From the NCBI GenBank assembly GCA_016839815.1, contig JAEOTM010000123.1, positions 1-31,298 on the forward strand: a stretch of DNA of 31,298 bases, read 5' to 3'. The stretch's first letter is position 1. Each line of letters starts with the position of its first letter. A program made the position numbers and the translations under genes. Shown piece after piece: positions 8,164-16,463 of this stretch. Source of the stretch: Candidatus Hodarchaeota archaeon. Its GTDB lineage: Archaea > Asgardarchaeota > Heimdallarchaeia > Hodarchaeales > Hodarchaeaceae. The notes under the pieces were generated by a model. The model made no database searches and was not told the DNA's origin. It worked only from the letters and a program-made list of their open reading frames with translations.

Positions 8164-8964
8164 ATGGATTATACCCCTGTTATTCACGGATTAATTTTAA
8201 CCACGATTGCAGGGTTGTCAACTACCATAGGTGCTTTTGGAATTTATTTTGTTAAACAAGAAAGTAAATTCATTAGTATAGCAATGGGATTTTCTGCAGG
8301 GGTCATGATAGGAGTTTCTATACTTGAATTATTACCCGAGGCAATCTCTGAAATTGGATTAGAAAAAGCAGGGATTGCATTTATTATAGGATTAATCACA
8401 TTTTCGATAATTGACATTTTTGTACCCCATGATTATATGCATGAGCACTCATGTTCTGATGAAGAGGAAGAATCGTCCAATGGTAGGAAGACAAGACTAG
8501 GACGTACTGGGCATCTTGTAGCCTTAGGTATTGCCATTCATAACCTACCCGAAGGGTTTATTACCCTATCTGGGGCGTTTCATTCAACAGAGTTAGGAAT
8601 CTTACTTGCAATTACGATATCAATGCACAATATACCCGAGGGACTTTCAGTAGCAGTACCAATTTATGCTTCAACCAATGATAAGCGAAAAGCTTTCAAA
8701 ATATCCTTTTTATCAGGATTAGCAGAACCACTCGGAGCAATAATCGCCACTATTGTGATACTTACTTTTGGACTTGCAACAGATGAGTTTATTCAACTAA
8801 TTTTAGCGTTTGTTGCAGGTATCATGTTATTTATTTCTTTTGATGAACTTTTACCATCTGCTCAAGAAACTTGTAAGGAAAATGGAAGTGATTCCCATAT
8901 AGTAACATTTGGAATAATTTCGGGAGTTGTAGTTATTTTTCTAACACTTATAGCACTAAAATAA
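8164..8964 (+). CDS. zupT: ZIP-family divalent metal (zinc) transporter, ZupT/GufA-like
   Basis: GFSAGVMI..ELLPEA, His-containing loop PHDYMHEH, HNLPEG and HNIPEG metal motifs, SGLAEPLGA, FVAGIMLFISFDELLP; about 8 TM helices. Confidence 0.92.
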   Translation: MDYTPVIHGLILTTIAGLSTTIGAFGIYFVKQESKFISIAMGFSAGVMIGVSILELLPEAISEIGLEKAGIAFIIGLITFSIIDIFVPHDYMHEHSCSDEEEESSNGRKTRLGRTGHLVALGIAIHNLPEGFITLSGAFHSTELGILLAITISMHNIPEGLSVAVPIYASTNDKRKAFKISFLSGLAEPLGAIIATIVILTFGLATDEFIQLILAFVAGIMLFISFDELLPSAQETCKENGSDSHIVTFGIISGVVVIFLTLIALK

Positions 8965-9052
8965 ACTTGAGCATTTTTTATTGATCTAAGAGTTCCAAAT
9001 GATAACTCATAAATAATTACAGGTAATGAACATATATTAAACAAAATTACAA

Positions 9053-9574
9053 ATGAGTCTTTATTCAGTGAAAGATCTTCAAACTATTTTAAAAGAAATT
9101 ATGAGAGAAGGAAAAAAAAGTCCTGGGGAATGGAAAAGTATTTCTGCACCAACTCGGGATAATTATGGCTCTGATTTGTTGTTATTTCATCCAATATCAG
9201 GCCCTGTTTTTCAGGTACGTGCTTATGAGAAAAATCCATACCAAATGCAAGGAGTAGGTACACGTATTTCAAAGTCTATTGATGAAGATTTCTTGAAACT
9301 CATCGATAAACGGAAACAATCAGGAGATTTGGGGATTTTAGACTTAAACTTTAAATTACTACAAAATTCAATGAAAGAAGGTAGAAAAATAGACAAAATC
9401 CTATTTGATGCGATTTTAGGTCAGAAAAATCAAGGGATAGATTATCTTAACCTTGGAAACTCTTTTAACCATCCTCAGAAACCCCTACCCCTACTAACTG
9501 ATGAGCAGAAACGCTTGGATAAAGAATTTAATCGTCTCGTGAAAAGAGATGGAAAAGACTCGATGTATGGTTAA
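9053..9574 (+). CDS. Conserved archaeal hypothetical protein
   Basis: 173-aa ORF. The pattern W..G.DL.L.HP..VFQ..YEKNP....GVGTRI...ID recalls an uncharacterised euryarchaeal family (from memory, unverified). Confidence 0.7.
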   Translation: MSLYSVKDLQTILKEIMREGKKSPGEWKSISAPTRDNYGSDLLLFHPISGPVFQVRAYEKNPYQMQGVGTRISKSIDEDFLKLIDKRKQSGDLGILDLNFKLLQNSMKEGRKIDKILFDAILGQKNQGIDYLNLGNSFNHPQKPLPLLTDEQKRLDKEFNRLVKRDGKDSMYG

Positions 9575-9584
9575 ATCTTTTTTC

Positions 9585-9630
9585 CAAAAAAGTTTAAAAT
9601 GAGTTAAAAGCTCACTGATCCAATCGGTGA
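9585..9630 (+). promoter_or_regulatory. Putative BRE/TATA and Shine-Dalgarno for the nucleotidyltransferase gene
   Basis: CAAAAAAG-TTTAAAA (TATA 9593-9599) and GGTGA at 9626-9630, 6 nt before ATG 9637. Preceded by a T6 tract (9578-9583) after the upstream stop. Confidence 0.5.
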
Positions 9631-9636
9631 TCAAAT

Positions 9637-10434
9637 ATGTCTGACTCGGAATACTCCAATCTTCTTTCTGAATTCACAAGTGCTGTCGAATCCGAATTAT
9701 TAGCATATGTTCGTGGATTGATTTTGTATGGATCATTTCAAAAAGAACAGGATCAAGGACCAGGATGGATTATCCCAGGAACATCTGATTTAGATCTAGT
9801 TTTGATCATAGATGTAGACGACATCAACCCTAAAAAGCCTTCTAGACGATTTGCAAAAATTGCTGAGACATTATCAGTATTTTTCGTGCATCCAGTCTAT
9901 GCACCCATCTTAGACTTAAGACTTCTCGAATATCATGATTTACCAGCTAAATTAGGCATGGCCTTTTCCCCAGTTCATGCAGAGTCTACAGCTCGCTATG
10001 GAGAAGTACTTCTTGGAAATAATGTTCTTGAAAATTTCACTTACTCGGAAAAGCAATTGAATCGTTGTACGAAAATTGCAATTAACCAAGCATATGAATC
10101 ACTCAAGAGTGGGTACTTGTCACGAGTAGTGATTGGAGAACAACCTCTTACTTACGAATTTGCTGATCTTATACTTGATATTGCGCATTCTACTTTAGCT
10201 TTTAAAGGACATTTAGATCTAGTTCGCTCTGAAGTGCCTGAACAATTTGATAAATTGCTTGGTGATGATTTAGGTGCTACCAGTGTTGATATAATTTACG
10301 AAGCAAAGAAAACTCGAATGGGCTCACAAAAAATGAGGCGTTCAGATTTCATTAGAGGTTGTATGGAAGTTTCTCAGAAAATCATGAAATATGTTCGAGA
10401 TCCTTTTACATTAGACGAAAACCAATTGTCTTAA
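9637..10434 (+). CDS. Pol-beta superfamily nucleotidyltransferase with C-terminal helical (HEPN-like/substrate-binding) domain
   Basis: GLILYGSF..SDLDLVLIID catalytic motif, a third Asp in ILDLRL, YGEVLLG, then an all-helical C-terminal half. Confidence 0.8.
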   Translation: MSDSEYSNLLSEFTSAVESELLAYVRGLILYGSFQKEQDQGPGWIIPGTSDLDLVLIIDVDDINPKKPSRRFAKIAETLSVFFVHPVYAPILDLRLLEYHDLPAKLGMAFSPVHAESTARYGEVLLGNNVLENFTYSEKQLNRCTKIAINQAYESLKSGYLSRVVIGEQPLTYEFADLILDIAHSTLAFKGHLDLVRSEVPEQFDKLLGDDLGATSVDIIYEAKKTRMGSQKMRRSDFIRGCMEVSQKIMKYVRDPFTLDENQLS

Positions 10435-10462
10435 AACTTTGTACTCACAATTCTTGTCGGAA

Positions 10463-10492
10463 TACTGATCGGACTTATATCAGTAGTTTTTT
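10463..10492 (+). promoter_or_regulatory. Inverted repeat (operator or terminator) overlapping a TATA-like element upstream of the ECF operon
   Basis: TACTGAT-cggacttat-ATCAGTA followed by GTTTTTT. CTTATAT lies about 42 nt upstream of ATG 10522. Confidence 0.45.
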
Positions 10493-10521
10493 GAATTAGA
10501 TTAATTTGCTGAGCGACAATA

Positions 10522-12114
10522 ATGAACCAAAAGTTTATGCTTCTTTATTCAGTCATCGCAATTTTCTTAGTGTTTTCTGGGCTAATTATTGTTTTCATAT
10601 TACCACAAACTTCTAATTCAGTCCCTGGTTTTCCATTTAAGATTACTGGAGGAACATTAATTGAAATAAACCGTGAAAATCACACGGGAATAATTTGGGG
10701 TCAAAGCTTTGAAATCAAGATAACCCAAGAATTCAATACTTCAATAGAAAAGGAACACTTCTCTATTCATGTATTAAATTTTCCCACTTCAGGAATATTA
10801 GTAATGGGTCTTATGGAAACCGAGAAAGTGTCTATACAAGGATCTTTATCATGCAAATTAGACTTATCTGGAAGAATTTCTAGAAATAGAATCATTACTA
10901 TAACTAAACCTCCCGAAGATCAAGCAAAGATCACATTTCTTGCTATGGGAGATACTCAAGGTTTTACTAAGCTATATTCAGAGATGATTCAAAATTCCAA
11001 TACTTTAGGAAATAACTTTATCCTTCATCTTGGTGATATGACAGCCTCGGGGAGTGTTGACAGCTTTGAAACATTCAAGAATTTATCTAAGGTATCTGAG
11101 ATTCCGATATTTACCACACCTGGGAATCACGATATCAAGCTTTCAAACTCCACAGCGTATTATGAGAAATTCTTTGGTAAGTCTGAATATTCTTTTCTGT
11201 ATAATGGATACTTATTTATTTCTCTGAATTCCTCTTCAGGTTTTTATTCAGAGAATAGCTTCATATTTTTATCTAGTCTATTGGAAAGTTTCCCTACTAC
11301 CCCAAAGGTTATCTTTACCCATATCCCAATATTTGATCCAAGACTGGATAAAGATCATGATCTTTTGAATGAAACTCAATCTACGAAGCTACTTACACTT
11401 TTAAATAACACAAACGTAAAAGCGGTAATATCAGGACATATTCACTATTTTAATCATACCTTAATGAACGGAATTCACTTTATTACCTCGGGTGGAGGAG
11501 GTGCATACTTATATGAAGCACCTGAAGATGGAGGACTTCATCACTATACAGAAGTCACTATCAACGTTATTACAGATGAGTTTACTATCAATCCAGTGCC
11601 ATTGATGAAAAAAACACAGCCAACAGATGTATTTATTTCTAAAGAAAACATATCCCGAGTTATATCTATTGAAGATTTATTGAGTGAATTTACTCTCACT
11701 TATGGAAACAGTAGCTTTCAGAATCAATATGATAATTGGCGAGCAAATGGTTCATACATAGGTATAAAGATCAGTGATCTAGTGGAAACTGTAGGTGGTA
11801 TGAGCGAAGATCAATGGTTATCTGTAAGAGCATGGGATGGTTTAGTATCAAATTATAGTTATATGGTAGTATATCCCAATAGTTCATGGTATGAAATTCA
11901 GGGAGACATGATTCTAGCATTTTCGTATAATGATCAGATAGTTCCTGACTATCAAGATGGGTATCGGGTTGTTTTTCTTCCGCTAGATGGTAGTTACAGT
12001 AATGAAGATTGTAAGAACACATCATTACCAAATGAAGGATGGTACATCTATCCTTCGGCAGGATTTCGCTGGATAAAATATGTTCAATCACTAACAATAG
12101 TCGAAGAGGGATGA
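10522..12114 (+). CDS. Membrane-anchored/exported calcineurin-like metallophosphoesterase with C-terminal molybdopterin-binding-oxidoreductase-like domain
   Basis: N-terminal hydrophobic anchor. Motifs MGDTQ, HLGDMT, PGNHD, FTHIP, SGHIH, TSGGGG. C-terminal YIGIKISDLV..AWDG..MILAFSYN..GYRVV..AGFRWIKYVQSL. Many N-x-S/T sequons. Confidence 0.85.
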   Translation: MNQKFMLLYSVIAIFLVFSGLIIVFILPQTSNSVPGFPFKITGGTLIEINRENHTGIIWGQSFEIKITQEFNTSIEKEHFSIHVLNFPTSGILVMGLMETEKVSIQGSLSCKLDLSGRISRNRIITITKPPEDQAKITFLAMGDTQGFTKLYSEMIQNSNTLGNNFILHLGDMTASGSVDSFETFKNLSKVSEIPIFTTPGNHDIKLSNSTAYYEKFFGKSEYSFLYNGYLFISLNSSSGFYSENSFIFLSSLLESFPTTPKVIFTHIPIFDPRLDKDHDLLNETQSTKLLTLLNNTNVKAVISGHIHYFNHTLMNGIHFITSGGGGAYLYEAPEDGGLHHYTEVTINVITDEFTINPVPLMKKTQPTDVFISKENISRVISIEDLLSEFTLTYGNSSFQNQYDNWRANGSYIGIKISDLVETVGGMSEDQWLSVRAWDGLVSNYSYMVVYPNSSWYEIQGDMILAFSYNDQIVPDYQDGYRVVFLPLDGSYSNEDCKNTSLPNEGWYIYPSAGFRWIKYVQSLTIVEEG

Positions 12115-12115
12115 A

Positions 12116-13252
12116 ATGTCATTAGATGATGGGAAGAATGAACAAGATCGAAAATCAGAACGAACTGGGGAAATTCCTGCTCATATTCCATGGATTAGAT
12201 CGGATTTAATTAAACAAAAGAAGAAAGCTCCTTATTTTCAAACAAGTGATTTAGTTATAATTGCACTCTTCAGTGGTTTAGGAGGGATATTTAGTACATA
12301 TATTGGATATTTCGCCAATCTCCTCAACAGCTTATTTGGTATACCGTTTGGCGGTGGTCAATTCCTAGCAGGTCTACATATTTTCTGGCTGGTATTTATT
12401 TATTTGTTAACGGATAGAAAAACGGGTGTAATATTAACTGCAGGGATATTAAAAGGTTTTATTGAGTTTTTTACGGGGAACGCGCATGGCATATTAGTTA
12501 TACTATTATCAACAACTCAAGGATTTATCATTGAATTAATCCTGATTATTTTTCTTACTACAAAACGAAATAGTATTCTCTCCTTAGCAGCTGGATTTGC
12601 AGGTTTATCGAATGTCTTATTACAGCAAGTACTCTTTTTCAATTCCCAAATCCCAATCTCATTTATTGCATTAATTGGAATTATCAGCTTTCTTTCGGGC
12701 TTAATTCTTGGAGGATTTTTTCCAATCTCAGTATTCTACATCTTTGATCAATCTACCCTTTTAGAATGGAGAAAACACAAAAAAATTCCCTCTAGATATT
12801 CAAGGAACTTTAAAGCTTTTGCTACTACCATAGTTATAATATTGATTTTTGTAGAGGTATTTGTAATCGGATTTTTAGCGTCTCAAAATACACATTCGAT
12901 AAAGGTGACTGGAGAAGTATATAATCCTTACACATTTTATATTAGTGATTTTCCTCAGATTACTATAGAAGCAGAATTAATTGGCGATGTTTCTTATGAA
13001 CCTCCAAGGAACTATTCTGGTGTACCTCTTTATCGTCTAGTTGACAAAGCACAACCAAAATTAGAGTTATTTAATATACTTCTAAAAGCAAATGATGGAT
13101 ATTCTGTAACCTTTAATTCAACCGAAGTGGATAATAATGAGAATATAATTGTTGTTAAGGCCGAGACTGGCTTAAAAATTGTCGCAGCGCATTATCACGG
13201 AAGTTACTGGATTAAAAATATTGCAACAGTCGAAATAGTTCAGTTCACATAA
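12116..13252 (+). CDS. ECF transporter S-component (YkoE-like) fused via an extra TM helix to a molybdopterin-binding-oxidoreductase-like domain
   Basis: FQTSDLVIIALFSGLGG start and six hydrophobic helices with RKTG..GFIEFFTG..QGFIIEL as in YkoE-type S units. C-terminal IKVTGEV.NP..YSGVPLYRLV..ANDGYSV..LKIVA....GSYWIKNIATVEI. Starts 1 nt after the upstream stop. Confidence 0.82.
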   Translation: MSLDDGKNEQDRKSERTGEIPAHIPWIRSDLIKQKKKAPYFQTSDLVIIALFSGLGGIFSTYIGYFANLLNSLFGIPFGGGQFLAGLHIFWLVFIYLLTDRKTGVILTAGILKGFIEFFTGNAHGILVILLSTTQGFIIELILIIFLTTKRNSILSLAAGFAGLSNVLLQQVLFFNSQIPISFIALIGIISFLSGLILGGFFPISVFYIFDQSTLLEWRKHKKIPSRYSRNFKAFATTIVIILIFVEVFVIGFLASQNTHSIKVTGEVYNPYTFYISDFPQITIEAELIGDVSYEPPRNYSGVPLYRLVDKAQPKLELFNILLKANDGYSVTFNSTEVDNNENIIVVKAETGLKIVAAHYHGSYWIKNIATVEIVQFT

Positions 13253-13331
13253 TATTTTGGTAGCAATCTCAACGAGAGTGGAGAGGAAAAGAAATTTGAC
13301 TAATGGCTAGAACGAGTACTTTCGACTTATA

Positions 13332-14822
13332 GTGGATTCTAATCAGAATATAGTAGAATTGAAGGATATTAACTTCCAATATTCTGATGCCCAACCTAAA
13401 ATTATAACGAATGTTAGTTTAGAAATAAAAAAAAACGAATTCATTGTAATTAGCGGAAAAAGTGGTAGTGGAAAATCGACACTTGCACTAATTCTAAGTG
13501 GGTTTATTCCTCATTTAATAGGAGGATTATTTCAGGGGGAAATTCGTTATCAGGGTATTAATACTCATTCTTTAACCTTAGGTGAAATTAGCCAACTTGT
13601 AGGCTTAGTACAACAGGACCCAGAGAACCAAATCGTAACTTCAAAGGTTATTGAGGAAATCGCCTTTGGTCCAGAAAACCTCAATCTCGAAAAAAAAGAA
13701 ATAACCGAGCGGATAGACTTCGCTTTATCTGCAACAAATTTAAAAGAGCTAATCAAAAGAGGAACAAATGAGCTTTCGGGAGGGGAAAAACAACGAGTAG
13801 CGCTTGCCTCTATACTTGCCATGGGAGGATCAGTTTTAGTTCTTGATGAACCAACTTCCTATTTAGATATGGTGAATAGATCCCAAGTTCTGAAAACACT
13901 TCAGAAATTGCATCAACAAAAGAAAATGACAATTATTGTCATTGATCATCAACCTGATATCTATAAGGACTTGTTAACTAGATTAATAGTTCTTGATAAA
14001 GGAATGCTAACTGGTAATTATACTAAAGGAGAAATTGATTACTCACTCTTTCAGATTCCACAAGAGTCATTATCAGACATTAAAAAACTATCAGTCAGTA
14101 ATGAAGGAATAAAGGTTCTTACAACTGAAAAGTATAATGTTTTTATTAAGAATAAGAAGATTCTTTCTCATATATCCTCAAAATTCAATGCTGGTTTAAT
14201 TTACGGAATTATTGGAGCGAATGGATCAGGGAAAACCACATTTGCTCTGTCTCTTCTTAATTTACTTAAGACAAATGGAAATGTGATGATGTTTGGGAAA
14301 AATTCGACCAAAAACCCCGCATATGACCTAGCGAGAAAATGTGGATTGATATTTCAGAACCCAAATCACCAGATCTTTGATCAGACTGTTGAGAAAGAAA
14401 TCTTATTTGCGCCTACTAACTTTCATTTGGTTACCGAGGACAATTTAAAGAAGATAAATCACCTCCTTACGGATGCAAATTTACACCAATACAAGGAACA
14501 CCCACCATTTGGATTATCCTTTGGTGAAAAAAGAAGATTAACTGTTATTTCTGTGGATGTTTATTCTCCCTCAATTTTAATTATGGATGAACCTTTCATA
14601 GGTCAGGATCGTGAAAACTTTGAATTTATTCTCAAAATATTGAGAGAAAGAAAAGTAAAAGGTTTAACTTCAATAATAATTTCGCACAGAAAAGAATTAT
14701 TGTCTTTAGTTGATAGATTTTTCGTGTTTGAGAAGGGAAACCTAATTGGAGAAGGAACTAGTGAAGAACTTCTTCCTATTTTTGAGAGGAATCAATTATT
14801 TCCATTATCTTCGGAAGTGTGA
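13332..14822 (+). CDS. ECF transporter ATPase with duplicated ABC domains (EcfA-A' fusion, YkoD-like)
   Basis: GKSGSGKST, QQDPENQ, LSGGEKQR, LDEPT, then GANGSGKTT, FQNPNHQ, LSFGEKRR, MDEPF. Confidence 0.93.
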   Translation: MDSNQNIVELKDINFQYSDAQPKIITNVSLEIKKNEFIVISGKSGSGKSTLALILSGFIPHLIGGLFQGEIRYQGINTHSLTLGEISQLVGLVQQDPENQIVTSKVIEEIAFGPENLNLEKKEITERIDFALSATNLKELIKRGTNELSGGEKQRVALASILAMGGSVLVLDEPTSYLDMVNRSQVLKTLQKLHQQKKMTIIVIDHQPDIYKDLLTRLIVLDKGMLTGNYTKGEIDYSLFQIPQESLSDIKKLSVSNEGIKVLTTEKYNVFIKNKKILSHISSKFNAGLIYGIIGANGSGKTTFALSLLNLLKTNGNVMMFGKNSTKNPAYDLARKCGLIFQNPNHQIFDQTVEKEILFAPTNFHLVTEDNLKKINHLLTDANLHQYKEHPPFGLSFGEKRRLTVISVDVYSPSILIMDEPFIGQDRENFEFILKILRERKVKGLTSIIISHRKELLSLVDRFFVFEKGNLIGEGTSEELLPIFERNQLFPLSSEV

Positions 14823-14826
14823 TATA

Positions 14827-15621
14827 ATGATTAATAATACGTCCAAGGATAGTGAGTGGTTTGATTTTAGTCAACAACAAACCTCAACAAACCCACTTAT
14901 TAAATTTTTAGCAATTATTCTCATATCTGTTTATTATTTTATGATTACGGATTTAATTCGGATGTATCTTCTGATTTTAATCGTTGTTCTGTATTATACC
15001 CTTAATTCATTTCCTTATCAGGTGTCAAAACCAAGGTATAGGTTTTTATTTATCTTTTCGATACTAATTTTTAGTGTACAGATTTTAACAGTGAGACAAG
15101 GCTCATTTTTATTTCATATGATCCCTGAAATAGCGGAGTTTGGCCCATTTTTCCCAATATATGAGAGAGGTGCATTTTTTGGTTTCCTACTAGTTGGTAG
15201 ATTTTTAGGAGTTATCACAGTTTCATGGGTTTTCATAGATTCAACGAACCCGTTTGATTTTGCTCAATCCCTAACGAAAATAAAAATACCCTATCGACTT
15301 GCATACTCCCTTAGTCTCGCCCTTAGATTTACACCTGTACTGAACACTGAAATATTGACAATTAGAAATGCTCAACAAACCCGTGGGTTGAATACAAGTC
15401 CTAATACAGTAAAAGGAACCTTTAACATTCTAAAGTTTACTTTATATCCGATTATTAGTTCCACATTAAATAGAATAAAATATATTACCTTAAGTATGGA
15501 AGGAAGAGCATTTGGGCTATATGCTGACAGAAATCCATTGAATGAGGTGGAATTACAGATTATCGATTTATTAAAACTCCTAATATTGATAATTGTTCTC
15601 TTTCTACTCTTATCAGTCTAA
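14827..15621 (+). CDS. ecfT: ECF transporter transmembrane T component
   Basis: NPLIK start, TM helices, LALRFTP, coupling motifs AQQTRG and SMEGRAF. ATG 14827 (4 nt after the ATPase stop) is preferred to TTG 14746. Confidence 0.9.
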   Translation: MINNTSKDSEWFDFSQQQTSTNPLIKFLAIILISVYYFMITDLIRMYLLILIVVLYYTLNSFPYQVSKPRYRFLFIFSILIFSVQILTVRQGSFLFHMIPEIAEFGPFFPIYERGAFFGFLLVGRFLGVITVSWVFIDSTNPFDFAQSLTKIKIPYRLAYSLSLALRFTPVLNTEILTIRNAQQTRGLNTSPNTVKGTFNILKFTLYPIISSTLNRIKYITLSMEGRAFGLYADRNPLNEVELQIIDLLKLLILIIVLFLLLSV

Positions 15622-15776
15622 CTCTGTTGAAGAAATAAATTACTTAAATTAAAGAATTTCACATGTCAAATAGAAATTTGCATCTCTGATACTATACAAT
15701 TAGGTGAGAAACAATTCAATCAAATGGTAAAGATCATTCCACCCCTGATAAGCCATTAATACAATGTCGGATTGTT

Positions 15777-16433
15777 TTGATTGATATTGACAAGCTCTAC
15801 GGACATGAACAAGTAGTACAATCACAAGTAGATTACTTAAAAGAAAATTTAAATGAACTAGGTTACTTTTTTAGACCAATATTAGTCGTAAAAAAACATA
15901 ATGTAGTTTTAGATGGTCACCATCGTGTCCAGGCATTGAAAGAAATGGGAGGGGTAAGAATACCCTGTATTGAAATTCCATACTTAGATAATGATGATAT
16001 TTCATTAGCCACGTGGTTTCCAATATATACTGGTCCTTCAGATGGATTTCCCAAGACTTTGAACAGACTTAAGATAGAATGGAAGGCTATCGACGATAGT
16101 AAAAAAGCTCTCATCACATATCCTGATTATGAGTTTGCTTTATATGCAAAAAATGGACAATGGTTATTGAAAGGGAGCCAAAAATCCCTCTATCAAACCT
16201 TTCTAGATCACTACGATCCAGAACGATTTGAATATGTCAAAACAACAAGCTATGCCGTAAATTCAGTAAACAATGGGTATTCCTCTTTTGCGTTGCTTCG
16301 TAAAACATTAACAAAAAAAGATGTTATTCAAACAGCAAAATCGGGGAATGTTTATGCCCCAAAAACAACAAGGCATATTTTAACTTATCGGTATCAGGAT
16401 ATCAAGGTACCTCTTGAAAATTTATTTGATTAG
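15777..16433 (+). CDS. serK: SerK-like free serine kinase (ParB/Srx fold); true start may be upstream at about 15714
   Basis: Collinear with Thermococcales SerK as recalled: HEQ, RPILV, DGHHR, TWFP, RK..TK.DV, PKTTRH and terminal VPLENLF. Confidence 0.8.
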   Translation: MIDIDKLYGHEQVVQSQVDYLKENLNELGYFFRPILVVKKHNVVLDGHHRVQALKEMGGVRIPCIEIPYLDNDDISLATWFPIYTGPSDGFPKTLNRLKIEWKAIDDSKKALITYPDYEFALYAKNGQWLLKGSQKSLYQTFLDHYDPERFEYVKTTSYAVNSVNNGYSSFALLRKTLTKKDVIQTAKSGNVYAPKTTRHILTYRYQDIKVPLENLFD

Positions 16434-16463
16434 AAACTCAATTACTAGTTTTGGTGGAAGAAT

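Noticed and set aside
14746-14826. N-terminal extension of EcfT from TTG 14746
   Set aside because: Overlaps the ATPase by 77 nt; ATG 14827 gives normal operon spacing.
15777-16433. ParB chromosome-partition protein
   Set aside because: No HTH or adjacent ParA; full-length similarity including PKTTRH points to SerK.
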